Below are positions 1-9,244 of a stretch of DNA of 64,000 nucleotides, one piece after another. The DNA lies in the NCBI GenBank assembly GCA_963815215.1, contig CAWFFU010000003.1, forward strand, positions 1,120,001 through 1,184,000, given 5' to 3'. The notes below the pieces were generated by a model. It had not been told where the DNA came from and made no database searches. It saw only the letters and a list, made by a program, of their open reading frames with translations. The stretch is from an uncultured Trueperaceae bacterium (GTDB taxonomy: Bacteria > Deinococcota > Deinococci > Deinococcales > Trueperaceae). The translations under genes and the position numbers were made by a program. Within the stretch, counting starts at the first letter, position 1, and every line of letters starts with the position of its first letter.

Positions 1-5
1 TGGAC

Positions 6-1328
6 ATGAAGATCGGTCCCGGCCTGGCCACGAGCTGGGAATGGACCGACGCCAGCAACACCCGGCTGCGCTTCCACCTGCGCAAGGGCGTGACCTTCCA
101 GGACGGCGAGCCGTTCAACGCCGCCGCCGTGAAGTTCACCTTCGATCGGCTGCTGGGGCCTGAGGGCGCCAAGGGGCCGCAGCAGGCCAACTACACCAGC
201 ATCGACCACGTCGAGGTCGTCGACGACTACACCGTGGACTTCGTGATGAAGTCGCCCGACCCGGTGATCATCACCAAGCTCGCCGGCTACGGGGCCATGA
301 TCGTGCCGCCCAAGTACGTCACGGACAATTCCCCCGAGACCTTCAACAAGATGCCGATCGGCACCGGTCCGTTCAAGGTGACCGAGTACGTGCCGGACGA
401 CCACCTCACGCTGGTGGCGAACCCCGACTACTGGGGCGGCGCGCCCAAGGTCGCCAAAGTGATCTTCCGCTTCATCCCCGAGCCGTCCACGCGCGTGGCC
501 GAGCTCCAGGCGGGACGCGCCGACATCGTCCAGGGCGTCCCCATCAGCCTGGCCGATACCGTGAGCAAGACGGCGGGCGTGAAGCTCGACCCGGTGGGCA
601 GCCCCACCGTGAACGCCCTTCGCTTCAACTTCTGCAAAGCGCCCACCGACCAGCTCAAGGTCCGTGAGGCCATCGCCCACGCGGTGGATTCACAGGGGAT
701 CATCGACAGCATCCTGCAGGGCTACGGCATCCCGATCGCCAGCTTCCAGTCGTCGATGTCGCTGGGCTACGACCCGAACCTCAAGTCCTACAGCTACGAC
801 CCCGAGCTCTCCAAGAAGCTGCTCAAGGAAGCCGGCATCGCCGCCGGCACGCCCATCGGGATCGACTTCATCGGCACCGACGCGACCTTCCGCGAGGTAG
901 CGCAGGCGGTGGCCTCCGAGCTCCAGGCGGTCGGCCTCAAGCCCACGCTGGCGACCCACGAGACCAACACCTACTACAACGACCTGGTCCCCAAGAACAC
1001 GGTCGGCAACCTCTACTACAGTGGTTGGGGCGGCTGGACGCTCGATTTCGACAACACGGCGTACCTGCTGTACCACACCAAGCAGTTCTGGAACCCCTGC
1101 TACAGCAACCCCAAGCTCGACGCGTTGCTCGAGCAGGAGCGGGGCACCTACGACCAGAGCAAGCGCGCGGGCATCCTGCAGCAGGTCGCGCAGATCGAGC
1201 ACGACGACCTGATCGACCTGCCGCTCTACCAGTCCAAGAACCTGTGGGGCGTCGCCGACCGCGTCCAGGGCTTCGTCGCCCCGGCCGACGACCGGCTCGA
1301 TCTCACCACCGTGTCGGTCGGCAACTAG
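6..1328 (+). CDS. ABC transporter substrate-binding protein, peptide/nickel family 5 (5' end lies outside the window)
   Basis: Family-5 motifs FHLRKGVTFQDGEPFNAAAVKFTFDR, PIGTGPFKV and NPDYWG; no signal peptide, so the N-terminus is probably upstream of the window. Confidence 0.95.
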   Translation: MKIGPGLATSWEWTDASNTRLRFHLRKGVTFQDGEPFNAAAVKFTFDRLLGPEGAKGPQQANYTSIDHVEVVDDYTVDFVMKSPDPVIITKLAGYGAMIVPPKYVTDNSPETFNKMPIGTGPFKVTEYVPDDHLTLVANPDYWGGAPKVAKVIFRFIPEPSTRVAELQAGRADIVQGVPISLADTVSKTAGVKLDPVGSPTVNALRFNFCKAPTDQLKVREAIAHAVDSQGIIDSILQGYGIPIASFQSSMSLGYDPNLKSYSYDPELSKKLLKEAGIAAGTPIGIDFIGTDATFREVAQAVASELQAVGLKPTLATHETNTYYNDLVPKNTVGNLYYSGWGGWTLDFDNTAYLLYHTKQFWNPCYSNPKLDALLEQERGTYDQSKRAGILQQVAQIEHDDLIDLPLYQSKNLWGVADRVQGFVAPADDRLDLTTVSVGN

Positions 1329-1354
1329 CCGACTGAAGAAGGAGGCGAACAGGC

Positions 1355-2278
1355 TTGCTGCGCTACCTCATCCGTCGCCTGTTCCAGTCGATCTTCGTCC
1401 TGATCGGCATCACCCTGTTCGTCTCCTTCACCATCCGCCTGAGCGGCGACCCCGCGGTGGCGATGTTCCAGGGCGCCAGCGCCCCCACCGCCGAGCAGCT
1501 CGCCACCATCCGCCAGGCGCTGGGCACCGACAAACCGTTCCTGGCGCAGTACACCTCGTTCCTGGGCGGGCTGCTGCACGGAGACCTGGGGACCTCGTTC
1601 CGCAGCGGTCAGCCGGTCGCCGAAGAGGTCGCCCGCCGCTTCCCCGCCACCCTGTCGCTGGCGCTCGCGGCGCTGGCGATCTCGCTGATCCTGGCCGTGC
1701 CCCTGGGGGTGCTGGCCGCCCGCCGACACGGCAGCACCAGCGACCTCGCCATCCGCGTGTTCAGCCTCCTCGGCCTATCTTTTCCCAACTTCTGGTTAGG
1801 GATCATGCTGATCCTCATCTTCGCCGTGCGCCTGCGCTGGCTCCCGCCCTCCGGCTACGCTGGGCCGGAGAGCCTGGTGCTCCCCAGCCTGACGCTCGGC
1901 CTGATCCTGGCAAGCACCACCACCCGGCTCGTGCGGAGCTCGCTCCTGGACGTGCTGGGCGAGCAATATGTCACCACCGCGCGCGCCAAGGGCATCACCG
2001 AACAGCGCGTGCTCTATCGCCACGCGCTGAGGACCGCGCTGATCCCGGTCATCACCTTCGTCGGCCTGCAGTTCGGCGCCCTGCTCGGCGGCGTCGTCAT
2101 CGTCGAGCAGGTCTTCGCCTGGCCGGGCCTGGGATCGCTGGCGCTCAACGCCATCTCCTTCCGGGACTATCCCATGCTGCAGGGCACCATCACGGTGCTC
2201 GCCATCTTCATCGCCGCCATCAACCTCCTCGTCGACCTGAGCTACGCGTTGCTCGATCCCAGGATCCGGTACTCATGA
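1355..2278 (+). CDS. Peptide ABC transporter permease (DppB/OppB type)
   Basis: MLRYLIRRL start, GDLGTSF, EAA loop YVTTARAKG; GAAGGAGG RBS before the TTG start. Confidence 0.95.
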   Translation: MLRYLIRRLFQSIFVLIGITLFVSFTIRLSGDPAVAMFQGASAPTAEQLATIRQALGTDKPFLAQYTSFLGGLLHGDLGTSFRSGQPVAEEVARRFPATLSLALAALAISLILAVPLGVLAARRHGSTSDLAIRVFSLLGLSFPNFWLGIMLILIFAVRLRWLPPSGYAGPESLVLPSLTLGLILASTTTRLVRSSLLDVLGEQYVTTARAKGITEQRVLYRHALRTALIPVITFVGLQFGALLGGVVIVEQVFAWPGLGSLALNAISFRDYPMLQGTITVLAIFIAAINLLVDLSYALLDPRIRYS

Positions 2279-3096
2279 AGAAAGCGCTGACCGACCCAAG
2301 CTTCCTACTGGGCGCGGCGATCGTGCTGGCCATCCTGGCCAGCGCGGTGTTCGCGCCCATGCTGGCTCCCCACAACCCCACCGTCGCCGACTTGCGGGCA
2401 CGGCTCGCCACCCCCTTCCAACCTCACTATCTCCTCGGCGCCGACGCCATCGGCCGTGACATCCTGTCGCGCATCATCTACGGCGCCCGCATCTCGCTGA
2501 TCGTGGGGGTCACGTCGGTCGCGGCGGCATCGATCGTCGGCACCATCGTCGGCCTGCTCGCCGGCTACTTCGGCGGCCTGCTGGACACCGTGCTGATGCG
2601 CTTGGCCGACATCCAGCTCGCCTTCCCCTTCATCCTGCTCGCCATCACCGTCATCGCCGTCATCGGGCCCGGCCTGTGGAAGCTGGTGCTGGTGATGGCG
2701 TTCGCGCAGTGGGTCCAGTACGCGCGCATCGTGCGCGGTCAGGTGCTGTCGATCCGCGAGACCGACTACGTGCAGGCGGCCACCAGTCTGGGCGCCGGGC
2801 ACGGGCGCATCCTGGTGCGCCACGTGCTGCTCAACGCCCTCACGCCCGTGACCGTGCTGGCGACACTCGGTATCGCCAACAACATCCTGCTGGAGGCCGG
2901 CCTGACCTTCCTCGGGCTGGGGGTCGACCCCACCATCCCGTCGTGGGGCGGCATGCTGGCCGACGGCCGCAACTACATCGAGCGGGCCTGGTGGGTGTCG
3001 ACCTTCCCGGGACTGGCGATCACCCTGACCGTGCTCGGCTTCAACCTGCTGGGCGACTGGCTCCGCGACACCCTGGATCCCAGGATGCAGGGGTGA
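2275..3096 (+). CDS. Peptide ABC transporter permease (DppC/OppC type)
   Basis: LLGADAIGRDILSRIIYGARISL and PSWGGMLADGR; ATGA overlap with the previous gene. Confidence 0.95.
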   Translation: MKKALTDPSFLLGAAIVLAILASAVFAPMLAPHNPTVADLRARLATPFQPHYLLGADAIGRDILSRIIYGARISLIVGVTSVAAASIVGTIVGLLAGYFGGLLDTVLMRLADIQLAFPFILLAITVIAVIGPGLWKLVLVMAFAQWVQYARIVRGQVLSIRETDYVQAATSLGAGHGRILVRHVLLNALTPVTVLATLGIANNILLEAGLTFLGLGVDPTIPSWGGMLADGRNYIERAWWVSTFPGLAITLTVLGFNLLGDWLRDTLDPRMQG

Positions 3097-6000
3097 GCGG
3101 CGCTCTCGACGGACCCTCTGCGCTCCTCGCCGATCTCGATGGGGACGGTTTCGCCGACGCATTGGCCGGTGACGCCTGGATCGGCACGGCGGACGTCGAC
3201 GCTGCGGTCGACGCGGCCGCCGACCTCCTCGGGGCGCTGGCCGCCCGCGCCCTGCGCCTGCACCTGACACCGCGTACGTGGACCACGCCGCAGCCGGCGT
3301 TGTTCTTCGGCTCGAGGCCGCCCGACGCACTCCCCACCGCCACGGCCGGCATCGCTGCCGGCGTGGCAGCGGCTCTGCCCGATGGCGCGCGTGCGGTCCT
3401 GTCCGAGGCCGGCCTGCTGCTGACGGCCGCCGACGGTCCGTCGCTACAGGCCGCGGCAAGGGTGCTGGCGGCTGGCTGGGCGCCCATGCACGGCGATCGA
3501 CCGCCAGCTACCGGGACGACCGCCGACACCGATACCGACGCCGACGCGACCGGCCCCCTGTCGCTGGGCCGGGCACTCGCAGGCGGTGGGCTCTACTCCG
3601 GCGCACCGGAGCTGCCGGAACGCTTCGTCGGCGGCTTCCACTCCCGGGCGGGCATCCCGGAGGCGCTGGAGGTGGCCGCACGGCTGGCTATCGTGGGGCT
3701 CGAGCCCGCCGTTCCCGTGAGCGCCGACGCGGCCAGCGCGCGCGTGCGTGTCGACCTCGATCCCGCCCTCGAGGCGGGGCACTGGGAGATCCGCCTGACG
3801 ACCCGCGAGGGTATCGACGGGCTGGAGATCGTGGGAACCGACGCCGCGGCCACCCGCTCGGCCTGCCGCTACCTGGCACGCGGCTTCCCGCGCCTGCCCG
3901 ACGGCTCCTCGCTCGACGAGATCGAGCGCGATCTGGGGCGCTTCCTGCGATTGGAGAGCGGCGCCGGCCGCCTCGCGGCCGCCGCGACCGTCGCGCGGAC
4001 CGGGCCCGTGCGGTCGTACGCGCTCCCCTACCCGGGCCACGCCGCTGCCCTGCAGCTCGGCGGCCCCGTGCGCAACAGCGCGCGCGACGGCAACGTGCGG
4101 CGCTGGAGCCACCGTGCCCCCTGGGAGGGCGAGCGTCTCACCGAGGCGGCGGCCGCGTTGGCGCTGCCGGACGGCGCCTTCGAGCTCGAGGTCTACGCCT
4201 CGGAGACGCTGCTGCTGCGCCGACGCCTGGCGGAGCGGCTGCGCGCCGAGCTGGCGGCGGCGGGGCGAGAACCCGAGCGGGTGCGCGTGCGCCACGCCTA
4301 CAAGCCCGCTCTGCACTGGCTGGTGGAGGAGGTCGAGCCGTCGCTTCCGGCGGCCGTCGCAGTGCTGGAGGTGCACGTCGGCCGGCAGCACGAACGCCAC
4401 GGCGCCGCCGAGCGCTGGCTGCGCGAGCTGTACCCGGCTGCGGAGCTGCTCGAGCGCGCCCGACCCGGGCTCCTGACACGGTTGACGCTCGACGACGAGT
4501 CGGGGGCCCCCCGCTACCGGGTACGCGCCCTCGACGCAGCCGGACGCGTCCTGCTCGAGACCGAGCTGGCACCGCCGGTCGCTCCCTCGCCACGCGTCCA
4601 GGGCGAGCCGGCGCTCACCACCACGGCCGCCGTCCGAGCGATCGTCGACGGACGGGTTCACGCCGAACGCATCGTGCCTACCGACCGCGAAGAGGCCTGG
4701 TCGTTCCTGGCCCGCGAGGTGTTCCCGGTGCTGGCGAAGGACGCGCAGGGGCGCGAGGCGCCCTTCGTACACGAGATCGCCGTGGTGGTGCGCGCCAGCG
4801 AGCCCGACGACCGCCTCGACCTCGATCACGAGACCGACAGCGTGCTGGAAGGCCTTCACGAGGACATCTACTTCGGACTCCTGGAGGCCTACACCGCCGC
4901 CGGTCCCGCCGCCGGTCCCGCCGCCGGTCCCGCCCACGGCCCGCGCCAGCAGGCACCGGCGCGGATCCTGCCGTTCTGCCGGGCGGCGCCGGGCGAGGCG
5001 ACCCAGGTTCAGGTCACGGTGCACGCAGCGGGAAGCAGCGAGGTAGCTGCGGTGGCACCGGGCGGACGGCGCCACCGGGCCCGGCCGCTGGGCGCCGAGG
5101 TCCGGGCGACCACGCTCGCGGGAAGGGAGGGCGAGCCGCTCGCCGTCGTCTTCGAGCTGCGCAACCCCGGCACCGACACCGACACCGGCACAGACGCCGC
5201 CCTCGCCCGCCTCGCCTGGGCCTGCGAACGCGGTCTCGCGCCCGTTCCCTCCGGCCTGGCGCTGACCTTCCGGGCCGGCGACCAGGTGCGGCACCTCTCC
5301 GCCACACCCGGCGCCGGAGGCACGACGGACGTGATGCCGCTTCCGGCGCGCCCGCTCCATCCCCACGAGGTCGTGCACTGGGCGCGCGACCTTGCCGCAC
5401 GGCACGCCGCCGTGCATCTGCGGATCGCCCACGAGAGCATCCTGGGCCAGCCCCTGGTGGCGCTCGAGACGGGCCTCCCGGCCGGGCCCGAGGTGTCGCG
5501 TGCGCGACGCGCGCGCTGGAAGCCGAGCGTGCTGATCTCAGCGCGTCAGCACGCGAACGAGCCGACGAGCACCCAGGCGGTGCTGGCGCTGCTGACCGCC
5601 GAGCTCGAGCGACCGCGGTCCACGCGCGCCGTCAACCTCGTGGTACACCCGCTCGAGAACCCCGACGGCGCGAGGCTGCACGCCGCGCTGTGCAGCCTCG
5701 CGCCCAACCACATGCACCACGCCGCACGCTACACGGCCTTCGGTGCGGACCTGCAGGCCGACCCCGAGCTCGACGGACGGCTCATCGGGGAGAGCGCTCA
5801 ACGGCGCGACGCCTGGCGCCGCTGGCGACCGCTGGTGCATCTCAACAACCACGGCTACCCCGCACACGAGTGGGTGCGGCCCCAGACCGGCTATCTTCCG
5901 GCGGGCTTCGCCAACTGGTCGCTGCCCGTGGGACACCTGACCATCCTGACGCTCCGCCACCCGGCGGGCCCGACGGCGGAGGCGATCTTGGAGGGTGTTC

Positions 6001-6422
6001 GCCGGCGCGTGGCCGACGCACTCGCCGACGAGCCCACCATCGCGGACCTCACGCACAGCCAGGTGAAGCGCTCCGGCCGCTACCGCGCCGCAGCGACCAC
6101 GCCCTTCCGCTTCGAGCTCGGGCTCCCCTTCTGGGAGACCATCTCACCGCCACAGCCGGCGGCCGGCGACGCCTTCGCCCCTGCACTGACCGTGATCACG
6201 GAGGTGCCGGACGAGACCGTGGACGGCGATCGCTGGCACGCCTGCGTGCTCGCCCACCGACGCATCGACGAGACGGTCCTGGCCGCACTGGAGCAGGCAC
6301 TCACCGCTCCCGCCGGGAGCCCCGAAAGCGGGGCCCACGTCACCCTCTCACCGCTCCAGGATTGGCTGCAACAGAGCGAGGCCGTGCGGGTCGACATCGT
6401 CGATCCGGCCACCGGCGGGTAG
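3093..6422 (+). CDS. Large M14-family zinc metallopeptidase (~1109 aa, catalytic domain C-terminal)
   Basis: GTGA overlap with the permease stop; SARQHANE (HxxE), PLENPDG, NNHGYP and distal ITEVPDE. Confidence 0.85.
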   Translation: MSGALDGPSALLADLDGDGFADALAGDAWIGTADVDAAVDAAADLLGALAARALRLHLTPRTWTTPQPALFFGSRPPDALPTATAGIAAGVAAALPDGARAVLSEAGLLLTAADGPSLQAAARVLAAGWAPMHGDRPPATGTTADTDTDADATGPLSLGRALAGGGLYSGAPELPERFVGGFHSRAGIPEALEVAARLAIVGLEPAVPVSADAASARVRVDLDPALEAGHWEIRLTTREGIDGLEIVGTDAAATRSACRYLARGFPRLPDGSSLDEIERDLGRFLRLESGAGRLAAAATVARTGPVRSYALPYPGHAAALQLGGPVRNSARDGNVRRWSHRAPWEGERLTEAAAALALPDGAFELEVYASETLLLRRRLAERLRAELAAAGREPERVRVRHAYKPALHWLVEEVEPSLPAAVAVLEVHVGRQHERHGAAERWLRELYPAAELLERARPGLLTRLTLDDESGAPRYRVRALDAAGRVLLETELAPPVAPSPRVQGEPALTTTAAVRAIVDGRVHAERIVPTDREEAWSFLAREVFPVLAKDAQGREAPFVHEIAVVVRASEPDDRLDLDHETDSVLEGLHEDIYFGLLEAYTAAGPAAGPAAGPAHGPRQQAPARILPFCRAAPGEATQVQVTVHAAGSSEVAAVAPGGRRHRARPLGAEVRATTLAGREGEPLAVVFELRNPGTDTDTGTDAALARLAWACERGLAPVPSGLALTFRAGDQVRHLSATPGAGGTTDVMPLPARPLHPHEVVHWARDLAARHAAVHLRIAHESILGQPLVALETGLPAGPEVSRARRARWKPSVLISARQHANEPTSTQAVLALLTAELERPRSTRAVNLVVHPLENPDGARLHAALCSLAPNHMHHAARYTAFGADLQADPELDGRLIGESAQRRDAWRRWRPLVHLNNHGYPAHEWVRPQTGYLPAGFANWSLPVGHLTILTLRHPAGPTAEAILEGVRRRVADALADEPTIADLTHSQVKRSGRYRAAATTPFRFELGLPFWETISPPQPAAGDAFAPALTVITEVPDETVDGDRWHACVLAHRRIDETVLAALEQALTAPAGSPESGAHVTLSPLQDWLQQSEAVRVDIVDPATGG

Positions 6423-6466
6423 CGCGGGACCGCGGACGGGGCGCGGCGCACGCCCCTCGACCGCCG

Positions 6467-7021
6467 CTATACGCCGGCCAGCATGCGCTCCTGCTGCAGC
6501 TCCGCGCCGATGCTGCGCGCCCAGCCGGCCACCGCGTCGAGATCGCGGAAATCGCCGATGGGTGCCTTCACGTTCCTGACGATGAACGCGTCGAACGGGT
6601 TGAGGCGGCGCTTGTCGAGCGCGCCGTGGAACACGGCGATATCGCGCGGGCCGATACGGTCGGCGACCCCCTGGAGGGCGCTGGGGAAGCGCCACCCCTT
6701 CAGCAGCTCCTCGGCCTCGCCCTCGCCGGTCGGGCCGCTCGAGAACAGCCACACCGGGACCCCGGTCAGGTGTGCCTCGCCCTGCCGCAGCAGATCGGCC
6801 GCCTCGCGACGCCACCGCCCCACGTAGACGGCGCTCCCGATCACGACCGCGGTGTAGGGGGCGAGGTCCTTGACGTCCTTGCAGTGCGCTACCTCCACCG
6901 TCAGGCCCTCTTCGCCCAGCGAGCGAGCGATGGCCTCGGCGATCGCCTCCGTGGAGCCGTACTTGCTGGCATACGCCACGAGCACGCGGTGCTGCGCACT
7001 GGGTCGCGTCGTGTGATCCAT
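6467..7021 (-). CDS. Flavodoxin domain protein (HemG-like)
   Basis: VLVAYASKYGSTEAIA FMN loop, IGSAVYVGRW, WLFSSGP, GDFRD; AGGAGG RBS before ATG at 7021. Confidence 0.9.
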   Translation of the reverse strand: MDHTTRPSAQHRVLVAYASKYGSTEAIAEAIARSLGEEGLTVEVAHCKDVKDLAPYTAVVIGSAVYVGRWRREAADLLRQGEAHLTGVPVWLFSSGPTGEGEAEELLKGWRFPSALQGVADRIGPRDIAVFHGALDKRRLNPFDAFIVRNVKAPIGDFRDLDAVAGWARSIGAELQQERMLAGV

Positions 7022-7042
7022 CGTCCCCCTCCTTCTGCTGCC

Positions 7043-7151
7043 ACTGTGGGGGCTGCGGGTCGGCCTGCCAAGAGGCAAACGCCCCCGGCGTCCCCACGAA
7101 CGGCGACCGAGACCTTTGCCCCTGGGAAAAGCTGTTCCGAAGTGAAACGCT
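7043..7151. promoter_or_regulatory. Back-to-back promoters, each with a DosR/NarL-like 14-bp box abutting -35
   Basis: Minus strand GGGGCGTTTGCCTC-TTGGCA-17-CACAGT (7085 to 7043); plus strand GAGACCTTTGCCCC-TGGGAA-17-AACGCT (7109 to 7151), 7 nt before ATG 7159. Confidence 0.6.
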
Positions 7152-7158
7152 GGCCTCG

Positions 7159-9198
7159 ATGGAACCCTCCCCCCCACGGCAGCGCCCCGGATCTGTGCCG
7201 CCCCTGTCGGCCGCTGGCGCTACCCCTGCACCAAGTCCTTCGCTGCGGCCGCGTATGGCCGGCTCCGGTCCGAGAGCCGCCTTCGCCACCGATCTCGTCC
7301 TGGTCCACGCGCCGTCCATCTTCGATTTCCGAACGAAGTCGCTCTTGCAGGGCCCCTTCGCGGACGTGGTGCCTTCGACGGGCCAGTTCGAGATGTACCC
7401 CGTGGGCCTCACCAGCATCGCGGCATACCTCGAGCGAAACCACTACAACGTTCGCATCGTCAACCTCGCCTACCGCATGCTCCGCGATCCCGACTTCGAC
7501 CCCGAGGACCGCTTGCGGCGCCTACGGGCCCCGGTCTACGGCATCGACCTGCACTGGCTGCCCCACGCCCACGGCGCCTTGGCGGTCGCGGAGTTGATCA
7601 AACGCCTCCACCCGGACGCGGCCGTGCTGATCGGGGGCCTCTCGGCCAGCTACTTCCACCGTGAGCTCGCCGAGAACCCTGCCGTCGACTTCGTACTGCG
7701 CGGGGACTCGACCGAGGAACCCGCCCGCCAGCTCCTCGCCGCGCTGCGCGAGGGCACGTCGCTGGAGGCGGTGGAGAACCTGACGTATCGGGATGCCGAC
7801 GGTCAGGTCCGCGTGAACCCACTCACCTTCGTGCCGGCCGATCTCGACGGCATCGCTGTCCCCGCCTACGACTACGTCCTGCGCTCGGTCCTCAAGTACC
7901 GCGACCTGGCCGACGTGGTGCCCTACCTCGAATGGATCCAGCACCCCACCACCATGGTGCTCAACTCGCGGGGCTGCACGTTGGATTGCGCCATCTGCGG
8001 CGGCTCGCGCAGTGCCTACGCCATCACCTCCAACCGGCGCCGGCCCGCCTACCGTTCGCCGGAGCGACTGGTCGAGGACATGCGCACCATCAGCACCTTC
8101 TCACGATCCCCGATCTTCATGGTCCACGACCCGCGCATCGGCGGGGCCCCCCGCGCCCGCCGCCTGCTCGAACTGCTGGCCGCCGCCAAGCTCCCCAACG
8201 AGATCGTGTTCGAGCTGTTCTTCCCGGCCGGAGACGAGTTCTTCGATCTCGTCGAAGACTCGGCCGCGGCCTGGAGCCTGGAGATCACGGTCGAGTCCGC
8301 GGACGAGGAGATCCGGCGCGTCAACGGAAAGTTCGCCTATCCCAACGCGGCGCTGGAGTCGACCATCGCCAAGGCGCTCGAGCACGGCTGTCGCAAGCTC
8401 GATCTGTTCTTCATGGTGGGGATCCCGCACCAGACGCCGGAGAACGCGTTGGAGACGGTGGCGTTCTGCGACCGTCTGGCCGAGCGCTTCGGCAACGACC
8501 GGCGGCTGCAGTTCTACGTCGCGCCGCTCGCTCCCTTCCTCGATCCGGGGAGCCGCGCCTTCGAGGACCCTTCCCTGGGGTACCGCGTGCGCTACTCCAC
8601 CCTCGAGGAGTACCGGCAGGCGCTGCTCGAGCCGACCTGGGCCGACACCCTCTCGTTCGAGACCGAGGCGATGACGCGCGACGACATCGCCACGACCACT
8701 TACCGCGTGGCCCAGGGACTGAACGAGCTCAAGCACGAACGCAGCCTCATCGACGAGGCCACCTACCGCACCGTCCGAGACCACCTGACGGCCGCCTCCA
8801 CGGCGCTCGACGAACTCCGCAGCGCCGCCCTTCGTGGCGGCGGCTCGGCGCCCGACGCCGACCGCGGCCGTTCCCCCATCACCAAGGCCGACACCACCTC
8901 GCTGTGCGGCAGCGACGAGCTCCGCTGGGCGGGTGCCGAGGGGCTGCGCGTCACGCGCACCGCGGTAACCCACCTGGCACGGGCGTTCTTCGAGGAGGTG
9001 CGCAGGGGTGTCGCGAGGAGCCGCGGGCGCTACGACACCGACCTGTGGCAACCCGAACGGTGCCCACTCGAGGTGGAAGGACGGCCCCTGCGGGGCCCCG
9101 TGCACGCCGGCAGGCCGCATCCGGCCGACGGCGCCGGAGCACCTGCCCGCGCCATCCGCCCCGTCCTCATGAGCGTTCTCGAGGACGGCGCCGACTGA
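7159..9198 (+). CDS. B12-binding domain / radical SAM protein (TIGR04190, Ta0216-like)
   Basis: DLVLVHAPSIFDFR, FEMYPVG, GIDLHWLPHAHG, RGCTLDCAICGGS (CxxxCxxC), APFLDPGS; alternative start ATG 7255. Confidence 0.88.
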   Translation: MEPSPPRQRPGSVPPLSAAGATPAPSPSLRPRMAGSGPRAAFATDLVLVHAPSIFDFRTKSLLQGPFADVVPSTGQFEMYPVGLTSIAAYLERNHYNVRIVNLAYRMLRDPDFDPEDRLRRLRAPVYGIDLHWLPHAHGALAVAELIKRLHPDAAVLIGGLSASYFHRELAENPAVDFVLRGDSTEEPARQLLAALREGTSLEAVENLTYRDADGQVRVNPLTFVPADLDGIAVPAYDYVLRSVLKYRDLADVVPYLEWIQHPTTMVLNSRGCTLDCAICGGSRSAYAITSNRRRPAYRSPERLVEDMRTISTFSRSPIFMVHDPRIGGAPRARRLLELLAAAKLPNEIVFELFFPAGDEFFDLVEDSAAAWSLEITVESADEEIRRVNGKFAYPNAALESTIAKALEHGCRKLDLFFMVGIPHQTPENALETVAFCDRLAERFGNDRRLQFYVAPLAPFLDPGSRAFEDPSLGYRVRYSTLEEYRQALLEPTWADTLSFETEAMTRDDIATTTYRVAQGLNELKHERSLIDEATYRTVRDHLTAASTALDELRSAALRGGGSAPDADRGRSPITKADTTSLCGSDELRWAGAEGLRVTRTAVTHLARAFFEEVRRGVARSRGRYDTDLWQPERCPLEVEGRPLRGPVHAGRPHPADGAGAPARAIRPVLMSVLEDGAD

Positions 9199-9244
9199 CC
9201 CCACGACCGCGGCGCTGTGGCGGGCGACCGCCTCTCGGGTAGGC

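Noticed and set aside
7030..7160. Cobalamin or c-di-GMP riboswitch (GCCACTG; GGCAAA...GGGACGC)
   Set aside because: Only isolated words; no GGGAAG/B12 box or GAAA tetraloop in the right order, and the region is better explained by two boxed promoters.
3278..7597. 1439-aa ORF and many other long overlapping or antisense ORFs (e.g. 54311-56689, 24341-26170, 17195-18916)
   Set aside because: Arg/Pro/Gly-rich or antisense shadows of well-supported genes, as expected at high GC.
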